Shown here: one piece after another, positions 48,471 through 62,309 of the stretch | Position numbering within the stretch: the first letter of the stretch is position 1 | How the letters are laid out: each line of letters begins with the position of its first letter | Origin: Phoronis australis | Taxonomy: Eukaryota > Animalia > Phoronida | Direction of reading: 5' to 3' | Assembly: GCA_002633005.1 (NCBI GenBank) | Contig: NMRA01000450.1 | Span: 62,001-126,000 of the forward strand | Length of the DNA stretch: 64,000 bases | The notes under the pieces: generated by a model | Database searches by the model: none | Told to the model about the DNA's origin: nothing | What the model saw: only the letters and a program-made list of their open reading frames with translations | Position numbers and translations under genes: made by a program

Positions 48471-50124
48471 GCAAAGAGAGGCACCAGTTTTAGCTAGAAA
48501 CAGTGTGAACCACCCGTCTTCCTGGGTGGATGTAAAATAAAAAAGTCACGGAGGTTTCCCCGAATTTTGTTCGAATCCGAAACCAAAACGTATTTGTGAC
48601 AGGTTTATCGGAATTGCAGGCATGACTGTTATTTACATAACTATTTTGTGTACAAAACATCTAGGGTATTGATTTGTGTAGCCATGTAGCATTGCATTAA
48701 TAGCTAACAACAACGTCAAAACACGCTTTATTGGCGGTAGAGGGTCTGGGACCAGGGGTATAGTGTCCCACAGCAACGCGCAAAGCACTTGCAACATCTT
48801 AGAGGTTCAGCTAAACGAATGTGAGTCAACAATGGTCACATTGCCAGAAGAGGAGTACATTTGTGGGAAAGAGGTGGCGACTGGGGGTCGGGTAGGGCAT
48901 CATTGCAACATAGTTATATAGTTCCTGGTGATTATAATCATTGGCCAAGGTATAAAAATTCTTGGCTGCTGTTATTTTTGTTTGCTTTGAATATTTCAAT
49001 TCAAAGCATTGTTTTATTTGCTTTCATTAAATATTACCGGAATTGAGATGTTTTGGAACATGAAACACCCATTAGAGAGTTTCCGCCACACGTTGAAAGC
49101 AAACGCGAGCCTGTGATGTCGGCATTATTTGCTTACTACGTCACAATGTTGACCAACATTTTCGCGTTCAGGCTGGTCACACGAGCGGGAACAAACCGAA
49201 GACTGCTGATCTCACGTAGGTGCAAAATGTGAGTTTTAACTGCAGGCTCATCACAAAAGATCGTTAGATGTATGCAGCTTTTCAGGTTTTTAGGAAATTT
49301 AGCTTCCCAAGAGGTGGTGTACCTTAATGCATATGTCTTACTCGATTGCCTTACTTTTTTTTAAAGTCCTCCTCGCATTGTTGATTTTTCACAGAAAAGC
49401 CACTGTAATCGGGTGGTAACAAATGAAAAAGAAATATTATACAGAAATATCTGCCAAAACATCTCAATTTCAGTAATAGTAAATTATGTAAAGATGACAG
49501 GAATACTTTGATTATAAATTGCCAAAGCAAGCAGTATTAATTGAGTGTTTAGGAATTACACACAGTGGCGGATCTAGGATATCATGAGGGGACCCAACAT
49601 TTGGCCTCCTAAGCAATTGTGCAAAGCTCGACTGATACTGATAATGAGTGGAGGTAGGAATTTAGGAGGAACCCCCTCCCCCCGCTTTCCATTCAAGGGA
49701 AACGTTTGTTTTTACCTCTGAAAACAAGCATTTTCCTTGATTTCTGAGGGCCAGGTCCACTAGCGCGGCAAAATTCCCTCGACTCAGATCGCATTCTGGA
49801 ACCCAACGTCGCCGCACGGCAAGTTTTCAACTTGTCAAGTTGCCACTAAAAACGCAATTGATCCTAGACTTTCACTTACTTTACGTATTTTTGTCCCAAT
49901 GGCGAACAGGTACACAAATGGACATACTTTATGTGGTCATGACGCATGCTCAGATGGAGTTATTCTGATAATTCTCCTCGCGGTGTCGCTGCTGTACTAG
50001 TGGTGATTGAATTGCGCATGCGTCGCTGTCTGCATGTAAGCAGCTGGTAATAAGACGGGATTGTTATCAAAATACGTCGTCGCGCTAAGCCTTAATATTG
50101 CTATTTTTCTTGGTGCAAGTCTTC

Positions 50125-50960
50125 GTCTGGTGGTCACAAATTCCCAAAAAACCTAAGGTTACTACAGGCGTGGAGATTTGCGGTTAAAAGGGTCAACTAA
50201 CTGACAAAACGTGTGTGGATGCCGAAGCCTCAGTTTGTGTTCTATGCCTTCCATACATAACGTTACTTGGTAAGTTTTTAGCAACCAGTTCCTGTTGACA
50301 TCGTTCGGTGATGTTATCCCCACCAGTTACCCCACTGAATAACGGGTTTATTCAGTGGAACTATGTGTCTCTTTTCGGAAACTCACCCGGGACCCGTATG
50401 GTAGGCTAGCAGCACATATTCACATTGTCCTGGGTGGGAGTGCCCCCAATATAAGAGGCGTATGGTACGTGACACTCAGAAGACAAGGGTGACTTTTTCA
50501 CAGCAGTTTCTCTTCAAAACTATGCTATGTCCAATAAAATTCTCTTGGTGAGTAAGTTTCCTTATTTTATAGCGGACCCCACCCCCAGGACTACCAGATT
50601 AGTTACCGAATTAACATGAATAAGCTATTCAGTAAATGTCATAACATTGCATTGGAATAAAAGTTGACAATTAGAATGAATTTTATTTGTTGAGATCAGA
50701 AACATTTTAAAAATATTCATTGTAATATCACGTTTAGCCTGTTTCTCATATTTTAATTCAGATCTTAAATAAGACTGGAATACAAAGATCATTAGTTTCT
50801 ACATATAAACATGAAGATGAAACGTCAAGTATGTCCTGCCTTACAAAAGTAGTTTTGTCTTGTGTTTTTTTATAATTTGCTAATATTTATCTGACTATTC
50901 TGTTACAGGTGAGAGAAAACGACTGAAACCAGCCGCCTGACCGTCTATTTTACCTTTGAA
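50125..50960 (+). pseudogene. Interrupted THAP-domain remnant (transposase N-terminus)
   Basis: HKFPKNLRLLQAWRFAVKR...WMP at ~50135-50230, donor GTAAGT at ~50270, then after a TTACAG acceptor RKRLKPAA*PSI (AVPSIF-box-like) at ~50910-50950. Confidence 0.55.
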
Positions 50961-52454
50961 CAAAGTGAAAAGCAATCCTGCTGCAATAACCTGAGAGAAT
51001 TGAACCTAATTCAGAAAGTCAGCCCTTGATATGCCCGATTATGGATTCCGTTGCATTGGGAAAATTACAATTGTTTTTTTTTAAATGATGGATAATCTGT
51101 CTGTTGTTTAACAGTAATTACAAATCGTGAGGCACCATAAAGATGCACTTTTTTCAAAAAATGGCTGTCGTTTGAATTTATAAACGACTTGCAACATTTC
51201 AAGGCTATCCAGTCATTGAGAATTCAAAAAGTTTAATATATTTTTATGGGTTTACAATGGATAGCAAAACAGTTTCATGAAATAAACTTGAAGGAACTTC
51301 GTGAAGGTTAAGAATTACCTCACCATTCTCTTTCCCCCAGATACTATTACCTGTTATTTCCAGACATTCAGTTGCACCAAATTTTACAACCCCAACCCGC
51401 TATGCCAACCCCCCGCTAAGGACCTGAATAAGTAAATTAAGAAAACGAGTTACATATTGAAAAATACATGTAGCTGTACTTTTTCAAAGGCATTGTTCGT
51501 TGTCTCTGATGTATAGAAAGTAGGCTTTGACAACAGATTTGCACTGGATGGGAAAATCTTGCTGGTTAGCTGCTATCAACTGCTTCAAACCAATGTTTGT
51601 CCATTCAGGGGCGGTGCAGAAGCGATGCATATCTCCTCTGCACGGTACAAGCTAACAAACCTAAAAACCAAAGGTCACGTGGAAACTGACATGATAGATT
51701 TCCATTTCAACGTGTAATAGATTTCCGGAAGACATTTGCCATTGGGCTTGGTTGTAATTTAACGCACCAACCAATATCGAGTTGACAGCATGAACATTCA
51801 GCATTGATTGATGTAACTGTCACCGATAAACCTGTTAGAAATCAATCCAAACATTTGTAATACTGCTTTGATGTACGAAAAGATCCCGAGTGCTACGTCA
51901 AGTATCGTAACACACATCACAACAAAGATTAACCCGACTGTCGCGAAGTCGACATCGGCGAGTACCTCAGTTAACAGGTATCAGTAGAATAAACATGGAA
52001 TAATCGTAAAAACAATCACAAACCCCACCTTTGCATAAGGTCGTGCTTACTTCCTCTCATAGAAGAACCCTTTTCACGCAATCTCAGATTCAGTTGGCAC
52101 AGCTGCAAACCATTTCACCATGTATTTAAAGGGCTCTCGAAATCGAGGCTGCTTAATGTATCACCTCTAGTACACGCGCTCCCTCTTGTAAATGTGAATT
52201 TTCCAAATAGCCCCAATGCTTATTTAAGCATGATAACACTCTGTGGGCATAGGCGGATTTAGGGGGGCAGGGGGCCCAACCCCCCCCCCCTTGGCTGCCG
52301 CAAAACAATAAAACAGCAAGAGCGTAGGGAAATGTTGGGTTTATCAATTAACCCCGGTAATTAAAATTATACGGCTGAAACAAGATTTAAATGTGTGCAG
52401 TCTTAGTGTTTGGGGGGATCAGATCCAATTTCAAGTGTCAAATTCGGAACACGG

Positions 52455-54110
52455 CGCAATCGTAACGGAACTATGGCTAAGTATAGGCCTCCCGCGATAT
52501 CACAGGCGACCGGCAGTGGCGCTGGGCACTACTACTCCGTTTCCGTCGTCTGCTCCACTGTGCAATGAAGAAAATTACTTCATTCTTTAAAGAAAATGGA
52601 ATCTTTGTGATGATGAAAAAACAGAAGCTTCAGGTAAGATGTCAATTTTAATCGAAGCCTTGGTGAATCACTCAGAAACTCATAATTCTCTCTTTGTCAA
52701 ACCTTAACTTAAGACAATTTCCAATGCAATCGCGTCATTATTGCCAACACAAAAAACGGATTTGGTGTTTTGGGCAATTGAAGACTATTTTAAATACAAT
52801 AGTTTTGTTACAAACTGATTGCACAAAATATAAAACATGTAATAAGCATTACAAAAAGAAGTTTTCGCTGTGGACCATCAACAAATAGGTCTCTTGGTCT
52901 CAATGTAGAAGTTAAATCGTGTTGGTGCAGTGGTAAAGCAAGCGCGATCTATACGCCATATCGTGAGTTCGAATCCGTGGCTCTTGCAGTTGTTCCTGTT
53001 TGATTTTTTTTTTTGCCTTTTTTTCTTGAATAATACTTCGGGAATCAAGGAAAATGCTTCATTTTTAGAGGAAAAAAAACAGAAAAATTTCCTGGGCGGA
53101 AGGGTGGCAAACCCCCCTCCCGACCTCCCCCCATTCGGTGCTATGGTCATCTACAATCGTGCTTTGAGCAAATGTTTACTGACGAAATGTTGGAGCCCCC
53201 CTTGTGATATCCTAGATCCGCCACTAGTGTGTATTAGCATCACCTCCTGAAAGAAGATTTTATAAATAACCAAATTAATTAATTGTTTTGAAGTATTAAA
53301 ACAGTTTAACCGCGGTATTGCAGTTGATTTATAAATGGAAAATTCGTAAATTTGCCAGGATTCACTTCTGGTCAGAGTGTTCGTGCTCTTCAATTGCGCC
53401 ACCACGCTCCCAGTTAATACACAAAGCTAGGAGACTACACTCTTTCACGAAAGGTAGCACAGTATTGTTTAAAATGGCTTCTCATTGGTTCAAGTAATGA
53501 GGCCAACTTGCGCACGAGGTGGCGATGTGATCGTAAACTTCCGACCAAGCATGTGCATTGATGCTCACACACGGAATTTCGTGTGTCGTTCATCATGTTT
53601 CCACAGAGCCACTTTTCAATATAGGCGGCGCCGTTTCAGAAAGTAAGAGACTTACTTGTTTATGGTGTACAGCGCTCGTGCGAAAACCTGCTTCTTAACT
53701 TAATGTTTATCACACGTTTTCGATTTTGTGCAACCAGTTCGTAGCAGAAGTTGCTGGGTTTAAAACAGTCTTAAAGTGCCTAAAAGACCAAATCCATTTT
53801 TTGTATTGGGTTTAACCACGCGCTTGCTTTGCAAATCTTCTTAGTTTTCATGTTTGACAAAGAGAGAATTGTGAGTTTATGAATGATTCACTGAGGCTTC
53901 AATTAAAATTTATATCTTACCAGCAGCTTCTGTTTCTTCGTCACCACTCAGCGTCCGTTTCCTTTGAAAAAATGTAGTAATTTTATTCATTGCACAGAGG
54001 CGCAGACGACGGAATCGGAGTGGTAGTGCGGAGTGCCACTGCCAGTCGCCTAGGATATCACGTGCATATCTACTGCGAGCGGCATTACTTAGCCATAGTT
54101 ACCATTACGG
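52455..54110. repeat. Two diverged ~350-bp inverted copies (52455-52795 and 53757-54110)
   Basis: AACTATGGCTAAGTA...TTCCGTCGTCTGC...TGTGCAATGAA.AAAATTACT...AATTCTCTCTTTGTCAAAC matches the reverse complement of 53757-54110. Confidence 0.75.
52921..52985 (+). other. tRNA-derived fragment (SINE head or tRNA pseudogene)
   Basis: A-box-like TGGTGCAGTGGTAAAGC and B-box GTTCGAATCC at tRNA-like spacing; no clean cloverleaf. Confidence 0.45.
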
Positions 54111-57100
54111 ACACTTAAATCGCGTCTCTACTGCTGAGGCTATCTTCACATTGTTGCAGTCCATGTAACAAAACTGTTACGTACATGTACAGTGTAAGCA
54201 AAGAATGCACGTTTGCGTTCGCGTTTAACGTGTAGCCGAAGCTCTTTGTTGAACAAAAGCAACCCAGAGCGAAGATATTCGCCCATCGTCCGCAATATAT
54301 ACAGAAATGAGGAACGTAAATATTTCCGCGGTATGTCAGATGCATCCAAAATAATTCAGCATCACTTATGCAAGCTCGCCTCATCAGTAGAGTAGGGCGC
54401 AGGATTGTACCAAATTATTAGGTTCGTAGCCCCCCCGGGGGATTTGATCGAACCCCCAACGAGGAAGAGGTCCAGCCCTAGCCTATCCGATAGGATAAGG
54501 TATTATTTAGATGCACAACAAAATTGTTGTAGCTGCTAGTTCTACTAACCACAATCACGAGCAAGTTAATAATAATTTTGAATTTGCTTCCGATGTAAAG
54601 CGCTTCACATAAACATCGGGTCGTATCCGGCCTGATCGGTGACTACGTTGATGGGCGATTAGACTGAGAAGGCTTTATGTTATTCATCGGCATTGAAAGC
54701 GGGTGATCTCTACACCATACAGAAACACGGGAGTCTAGAAGTAAATGTCTATGCCTGGCACAAACTACCGGATATATAGCATTGAGAGAGCTCCCCAAAG
54801 TAGTGCGGTGTGAATGCCTTAAAATCGAACAAGAAACAAAAGAGCAGAAGATGGATTTGTTATTTGCTACTTCGGTGTACTTTCTAGCATAGTATGGATA
54901 AAGTGCAAGCATCTTCAAATTTCAAATTGAAAGTGATCGTCAAATATCTTGTTCATCAAGTGTACACTTTAATTGTGGATTGGTAAATTGACAGGCACGC
55001 GTTTATACACGTGTGTGCGTTTCCGTTCTTTTAAATTCAGTACACGCCGACGGTAAGTTCACTGACTACTGTGTCGTTTCTCAAAAATCAGACATTTATC
55101 TACCGCGTTTTCTTGCACTGAAAAATCCCCGAATGTTCATATTATTAGGTAAGTCTAGACCTAATTAAAACTTTGGTCAATGAAGAAAGTCTTCTCTTGT
55201 AAATCAATGTCAATGGTGCACAGCCTCGCAAATTTTTTACCAGCAACAATCTTGATGGAAAAGATTTCCAAGGTTACTTGTCCGAAGGTTCACTACTCCG
55301 AATGTTCGCTACCTTCGAAAGTTCACTACTTCGAATGTCCAAAATTCCGAAACTCGGACTGCGACAGTTCATTACTCTGATTTTCTACTAATGATTCGGA
55401 ACTGACATGAAAAAAGTATTAGTTTGTGTCCTTTTAGTAACCATTTAAATGGTGTGCAATTGTTCAATAGTCCCAAAAATTTACTTCCGAAATGTAGCTG
55501 TCAATGTCTGTTGTCATCTATGAAAGCCGATCATAACATCTTACTCGAAGACGTATGGTCGTGGTCATTCACTTCAGAATAGGATGGGACTTACCTTGTA
55601 CGTGAGATATAGAGGGTTTGTGGCTGTCGTGTGAAGAGGCACAGGGTTATCGCCGGCGCCCAAGTAGATTGACCATTTCATTCACTTCAAAGGGGGAGAA
55701 AAACATTCAATGAATCATTAGTATGATCAGGAAAATCATCCGCAATCTAAGTAAAAATGGAATGATACAAGTGAAAATGAATGGAACATGGAAAAGCCCG
55801 AAAGAATGATGCTCCTGTTCGATTCTTTATTATAAGGAAATGGCCACCAACTACGTGACCAAAGGAAAGGGAGAGTAGAATTTAGGGAATTTTTTATTCT
55901 AATTAATACAAAGTTTATAAGCCCTTTACGCCATACATTGAAGGTGCAACCACTGCTCACGGGCAAACAATTGGACGTTGTTAATTTGCGATTCTTGATC
56001 ATTCCGCGGTTGTTCAAACAGGCCTTATGTGGTTAAATTTTGCTGGTAAACTACTGTAGCACCATTTACATGCTTGGTGGTATTCAGAATTGATGAACTG
56101 TAGGTCTTATGGTCATGAGATTGACTGCTACCTTCCTTGTACGATTGGTAAGAAAATGTGGAAGACATTTTTGACAGAAGACGAGCTAATCGTAAGTTAC
56201 AGTTAGAAAATGTACGATAGTAAAACTGTTGTATTAATAATTTGCGCACTTTTAAATTGCAACATTTAAAAAATTAGAGCTTTATTTTGATATAAGCTTA
56301 CAACATATTTTAAATGATATTGAAACATATTATAAATATTTGCTTTGATTTGTCATGTACATGCAGAAGACTTAGTGCTACAATTTATTATGTATAACAG
56401 ACTCTCGTTTCGTGGCACGATGCGATGCTGCTAATTTTTGGCAAAAATCAAACGCCATAGGGACTTGATTTCTAACTTGATTTGCGCAATATTATGTTGA
56501 CCTATAAAAGTGTACTGGTTGATGCTGGCACTAGTCATCTTTGCTCAATTATTTGCAAGCTCAAACTCTTATAAAACTGTTGGCTTTATAAGGTAATCCC
56601 ACCCGCCATTATAAACAAAGATACTGGTAACTATAAAATCTTTGTTATAAAGGAAACAACAATGCTAGATGTGAATCTCCTTCAACATTAGTGACAAATA
56701 AACACCTAGTTCTTGGTGTATTCGGACCATATTTTTCCTCTTCTTTTTAAAGAAAACCACGTACATCTTGAGGGTATGCAATTTTTATGTATGGCTACTA
56801 TTCACCAATGCTGCTTATTCGAATGTTTGCAAATAAACGTCTCCGGGAAGCCTTTTAAGGCTCGTGTAAACCGGTTAGGAGTCCGTCCGATTTGTCAAAA
56901 ACAACGACCATTTCGATGACGACATTGTTACCTGCTGAACAGTCTAACTATTATGCTTAGAATTAGGTGAAACCGTTACCTGGGGTAAATTACGTACTGA
57001 ATTTGATAGTAATCGTTGTGCTCGATGGAAGTTGAGTAAAATCCGCAGTATAACCTAGGAATAGGTCTATCTATCAGTGTTGTGTCTGAAACTGAGTGTA

Positions 57101-57287
57101 ATGTTATTCTGGTTAGATAGACCCTGTTTGTCACTCGATGGTCGTGGATTGGATTTTTACCTGCTGGCAATTTTCAAACTTTGAATTTTAGTTACAAAAT
57201 TATTCGCGCATTTTCATTGCCAAAAGAAGCGACGACTATCACCAGGGAGTCTACACTCTACTAACCAGCTAGCTAGTCCACTTGAGC

Positions 57288-57600
57288 ACAAACCAGTGGA
57301 TGAGCGATGTCAGCCTCAGGTTGAATGCAGGCAAATTGGGTAGTGTTTGTAGACCGAAGGTTGTTGTGAGAAAAGTGAGACCATACAAAATCAAGCGTGG
57401 GAGTGGGAGGCAACCAGTTTGATGCCTGTTATTTAGTGGAGAAACCTGGTTCTCAAATTTCAGGACCCTTGGAGTCGTCATATCATTTTATAGGACAATA
57501 TACTATGAACGGGACTTCCACAAAGGTAAAGGGGTATGGCCAAAGGCAGATCAGTAGAAGCATTAACAAAGGTTGGTCAGATTACATCTCAGATGACTGG
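57288..57600 (+). mobile_element. Highly decayed L2-like LINE fragment
   Basis: QWMSDVSLRLNAGK resembles the post-RT WMxxNxLxLNxxK motif; later QRQISRSI. Confidence 0.35.
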
Positions 57601-58935
57601 GTGTAGTTTGTCTTTGAATTATCAGTGGTATAGTTCCGATTGGGTAACTAAAGGGCTGGGAACAAGGGAAGGTTGGTAAAAGTGCTTGCTTTTATCTTAT
57701 GTACAAATAAATTTACTTCCCTGTCATTTTAATGTTCATTTTTGCGTCCAAAGGAGGGGAGCAGGATCCCTGCCCCGTAACCTTAAATCGGGGTCCAATG
57801 AAGGTGGAACTCACTCAGAAGAAGGAGAAGATGTTGACTTCAGTTAAAACCCGTATCGCTTACGAAGATGACGCCCAAGCAACAATTTGACATGAATTCC
57901 ATACTAATGATACTTGGTCTAAATGAAAAGTTGGTCGTTGTGTCAGAAGGCAGGTTTATATTTACTCTAAATTCCAATAGAGCATAGAGTCTTTACAAGA
58001 GCAGAAACGAACCTTTGATGCAGATTGTGAGGATGCAGGTGACCAAGAAGACAAGGTCAAGGGTGAACAGCAGCTCTGAATCCCTGCAAGACGACAATAG
58101 TGACATTTGTTAGAAGACCTTCAGTTTAAAATTCATTCTGAGGTCCCTTTACTGAAAAATCAGACTTGTATTTATGAATTTGAAACAGTGACATTGAATC
58201 GGCAGTTTGGGTAATACATGGGCAAATTTAGGGGATACGAGGGGCTCAGGTCGCATTTTGGACTTGGAATGGGTAACTAGGCAAAATACTGGCTTACAAT
58301 TATGTTGATGGTTGTAAATCATGGGTTTCATGTGCACACACAATAGGCCTTTTGAAATTGACATGCAAGTGCAGTGAAAGTAGTTCCTTGTGAAGCCTGT
58401 TTGTGGTCATACAACTATCCCGGTTGACCTATGTAAATAAACAAAGGGTTTTTAGACCTGGCTGAGATAATATTTTTTTTATTACGCCTATGAGTTTTGA
58501 ATGGCCAACCTGGAATGCTACATTATGGCCAAGATGATAAATTGTTTTTGGGCAATCACAAGAAGGTCTTTGGAAATCGTGATTGTTCCCCACACCAAAA
58601 TGATACACAGAAATTCAACCAGCAATTGGAGTTAGATTGTAGTTGTACTTAAGTTTTAAGCCAGTTGAAAATGTTCACATACGAATTAGGTACTTTAAAA
58701 CTGTTTTTTGTTCAACTGGATTTCAACTGGACGTCCCTGTGCCACTTGAAAAAGATGGTAACGTAATAATATTAATGGCACTTAATTATAGTCAGTGATC
58801 TTTTATCTTTCAGAAAATATATACTTTTACTGGTTGACATAGCCTGTTGTTATATATGAGTTAAAGTGGATTTCAGTAAATAAGGTTCGAGGTAACTATT
58901 TAATGTGGCATCAATATCCCCACTTAAGGTTATTT

Positions 58936-59798
58936 CCAACCTTATTTAGTGGCCTCCATTCTATCACTTATATCAAAAAACTAAGCTTTGTCAACTAGTA
59001 AAAGTAAATATTTTCTGAAAGAACAAAGACCACGAAATCTAAATATACTTTTTGTATTTATTTGTCATTATTATTTTTACGTAAAAAACTTTTTTAAGTA
59101 AAAATTTTATTTTTAAGAAAGGTAAATTCATAGCAAAATAACCCCTCGGTCGATTTTACCGAAACCTTTTTTAAATGAAAACTTCATCAATTACCTCAAA
59201 AACGCTGTTAGGTATTTTTGTCAAAAATTGAAGTCGTATTCGTCTTTGTCACATTACACAAAAACTAAGCTTTTATATCAAAAATCCTAACAGCGTTTTT
59301 GAGATTGGTGACTAAATATTAAGTTTAGAAAGTTTCATCGAAATCCATCTAGAGAACTCATGTTCCTAAGTTTTGGTTAATTATTCTGCGAAAACTTGTT
59401 TTCGGTATACATAACCTATATAATCCTTAAATATGTCACCTATTTCAATTTTTTTTGCAATGGACCAATTTTGCAGTGCGTAACTAACTTAAATATCATT
59501 AAAACATCAAATAGACCTATCTTTCGCAGCCAACTTTTGCCGTTTTGTACGACCTACTTAGAAAAGTAGGTCACAGTTTATAGCCTGTACACGTCACGTG
59601 CTGGGAGACTGATACCAAACCAAGTAAGAAATGGATAACAAAAATTGAATTGGTGGTTAAAGTAAGTCGTTAACGTGAAATCGAAACATCGAAATGTTAA
59701 CTTAATAATTGAATTAAGGAATAAGGAGGAGGATTTATCTCTTTTCTCAACTTTCTGTGTTCATGACCAGACTGAGGCCTGAGGCAACTCGTAGCATT
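58936..59798 (+). repeat. ~0.9-kb interspersed repeat, copy 2 (see 2712-3710)
   Basis: Direct near-identical match to 2712-3710 with internal deletions; preceded by TTAAGG. Confidence 0.85.
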
Positions 59799-60850
59799 TG
59801 TTTTCAACGTCAACGGTCGTATGCATGTAGACCCACAACTCCTTTAGGATAAAAACTACGTTTTGTATTCGTTTTCCCCGGGACCATTCTCTCATAACCA
59901 CACCTCGTTGGTTCAGTGTTATGGCAAATTTGTGAATGAAAGGACTGAGGGTATACCGAAGCTGTTCTGTACCTGGCGGGAGACTCGGTTTACTTGAAAG
60001 CCCTTTAACCTTTGACCTTGGATAAGTGCTAAATAAATATCCACGCGGTTGTGCGGTTCCAAGGTGGTTCTGCCAAATCTTTTTTTCTCGCTACGCAGTA
60101 TATAATTCGTATTTGAAGTTCCCCGAGAATGAAGATAAGGTATTTTGCTAGACACAAGTGAAATTTTGTAAAAATGGCCAATTTTTGTGAATAAGGTTGG
60201 AAATATCCTTAAAAGTGGACTACGATTACTCTGAAAATCTTGGGTACGAAATTTAACGCTCTTGTCAAGTTGTTTCTCAATATAAACTAATATAAAATCA
60301 CTCACGAAAGAGACTTTTGCTTTACCCAAACTAGTATTCTGGTGACAAAAGAGCAAGTCAGTAGGCCAACGAAGACGAAACGCAATTGATGAGATTCTTG
60401 TTTTTTGCATTTTTCTCATCTAATAAATGTTTCCTTTTCATACAGAAAATTGAGACACATAAGAAAATCGAGGGTACCTGCCAGAGCAGACCCACCTAAA
60501 GTAATAAAGCTGGGTTCATCCCTATTAATGGACTCATCCCGGTAGGTCCACCTACATTTATATATAGCTAGAACACCCCAGTGGGTCAACCTATTTAAAC
60601 ATAATTCCCCGCCCCAACAGGTGGACCGTTCCCAGCCGTTCACAGATAGGACTTAGTTCCTCTACATTTATGTAGGTGGACCAGTTAGTGTGGGTACACG
60701 TATAGAGGCGGGTTCCTCCCAAATGCTATGCGCGCACCCGCCATGGTTGGTAGTTTACGCCATGGCAGGTCCACTTGCCCTGACAGATGCTCTTGCTAGA
60801 TCTATTTATAGATGTAATCCCCCCTTGTTTATGCACGCTCAATGTGATAT

Positions 60851-60984
60851 GGGATTAAGTAATCTTTGAATGTAAAACTAAAACTGGGTGCATGGGAAAA
60901 TATTTACAATGTGACGAGGGATTAAGTAACCTTTGAATGGGAAACTGAAACTAGATGCATGGGAAAATATTTACAATGTGACGA
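60851..60984. repeat. 67-nt tandem duplication
   Basis: GGGATTAAGTAA.CTTTGAATG...TGCATGGGAAAATATTTACAATGTGACGA twice. Confidence 0.8.
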
Positions 60985-62164
60985 AACCTATACGGAGGTA
61001 CTAACACACTAGAAGTAGAAATACGTTCAGCAAAACAATTAGTATCCTCTGACACAGCTCTACTGAAAAGTGGCCCTGTGGAAACATGATGAACGACACA
61101 CCGAATTCTGTATGTGGGCATCAATACGCATGCCTTGGTCGGAAGAATACTGATCACACCGCCATCACGTTATGCTCTGTACTTATTTGGGCTTAAACCA
61201 CTGGATAAAGGTTCCCATTTTTAATAAAATGTAACTATACAAGTCAAAGTTGGTCGCCATACTTGGTAGCTGTAAACTGAAAGAGGTTTCCCAGATTTCA
61301 ATCAATGGGAATGACTGAATGTAAGACGTCAGTTTCATTTCTTTAACTAATGAGAAGCCATGTTAAACACCATTCGACAGTGTTACCTTTTGTAGAACTG
61401 TGAAAGAGAGTAAACAATTAGTAACACGGTTAACACTGATTGATATCTATTTATTTGACTTTTGTGCTGTTTCGGCAGCTACTGTAGAATTGATTTGCAA
61501 GACAGCATGCGGATCAACAACCGTGTCCAAAGATAACTGAAAAAACATTAAGGAAACACATGGAAATACTAGGTCAAAGATCAATAGGTAACATACAATA
61601 ATCCATCATTACTTCAGTAAGATAAGTTCACTAAATGGCTGGACAAAACTCTGTCTACCAAGTACTTTAGCCATAAAACATGTTTCTTAACCTAGACACT
61701 TAAGACAAACTATGTAGGTCTTGAAAGTGCACGGTGTGCCTACTTTTAGGCGTGGCTGATAAAACTAGCCAACAGTGTGGTCACTATCCAAGAACTTGCA
61801 TTAATACTGAACAACTCAGCATTCATTTGAAAAGTGAAAATTTCTAATATATCATAAAGCATTTTTTAAATGCTGAAATTTTTTTTCGGTTTTGACTAGA
61901 TACAGTTACCCAAAGATTATGCCATCAGGTTTATACACACCTGAACGGAACACCAGTTAGGAATCAAGAAGTGTTTACCTATCGTTTGAGCAAAGTTTGA
62001 GTACAATGAACTTTCCTGGTTGGACCAACAACTACATTTTATGATTAACACTTCAGTAGGCTGAAAAATCAGTTGCTAGGCTGGCCTAAGAAAAAAAGAA
62101 AAGTCCAAATATTAGCAACTTTTGCAGCAAACTACACTTCCCAATTCGTCCATTTGCTTTACAG

Positions 62165-62309
62165 CGTGCTAGGATCGACTGAATACCTATATTTATTTGT
62201 TAACCAATTCCAAGATGAGACGCGCAAGGAAGGGATGAAGTACTATTGTGCCGCCACCTGTAATTTCTACAAATTTTGCGGTTCTCCTTTCCAAGCAGTG
62301 GCCAAATAA
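62165..62309 (+). pseudogene. Pseudogenised paralog of the ShKT gene B terminal exon, with homologous 3' UTR to ~62683
   Basis: Same TTACAG|CGTGC acceptor, then in-frame TAG, a frameshift and Cys>Phe/Tyr changes. Retains QDE.RKEGMKYYCAATC.F..CGS. Downstream sequence aligns with 17950-18256. Confidence 0.8.

Noticed and set aside
52921-52985. Functional tRNA gene
   Set aside because: A and B boxes are present but the acceptor and anticodon stems do not pair convincingly.
55590-55750. Minus-strand exon-like segment with good acceptor and GTAAGT donor
   Set aside because: No frame is open across it and no domain is recognisable.
58270-58410. Possible SWIM-finger remnant (GCKSWVSCAHTIGLL)
   Set aside because: Too degenerate and surrounded by stops; cannot be supported without a search.
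59919-60419. 166-aa minus-strand ORF
   Set aside because: Composition typical of an AT-rich non-coding frame; no domain recognised.
60941-60952. ISRE-like GAAACTGAAACT
   Set aside because: Lies in a tandem duplication far from any supported promoter; likely chance.
61479-61541. Possible upstream ShKT pseudo-exon (ICKTACG) for the 62-kb paralog
   Set aside because: Only a CxxxCG match and no alignable similarity to exon 16999-17109.
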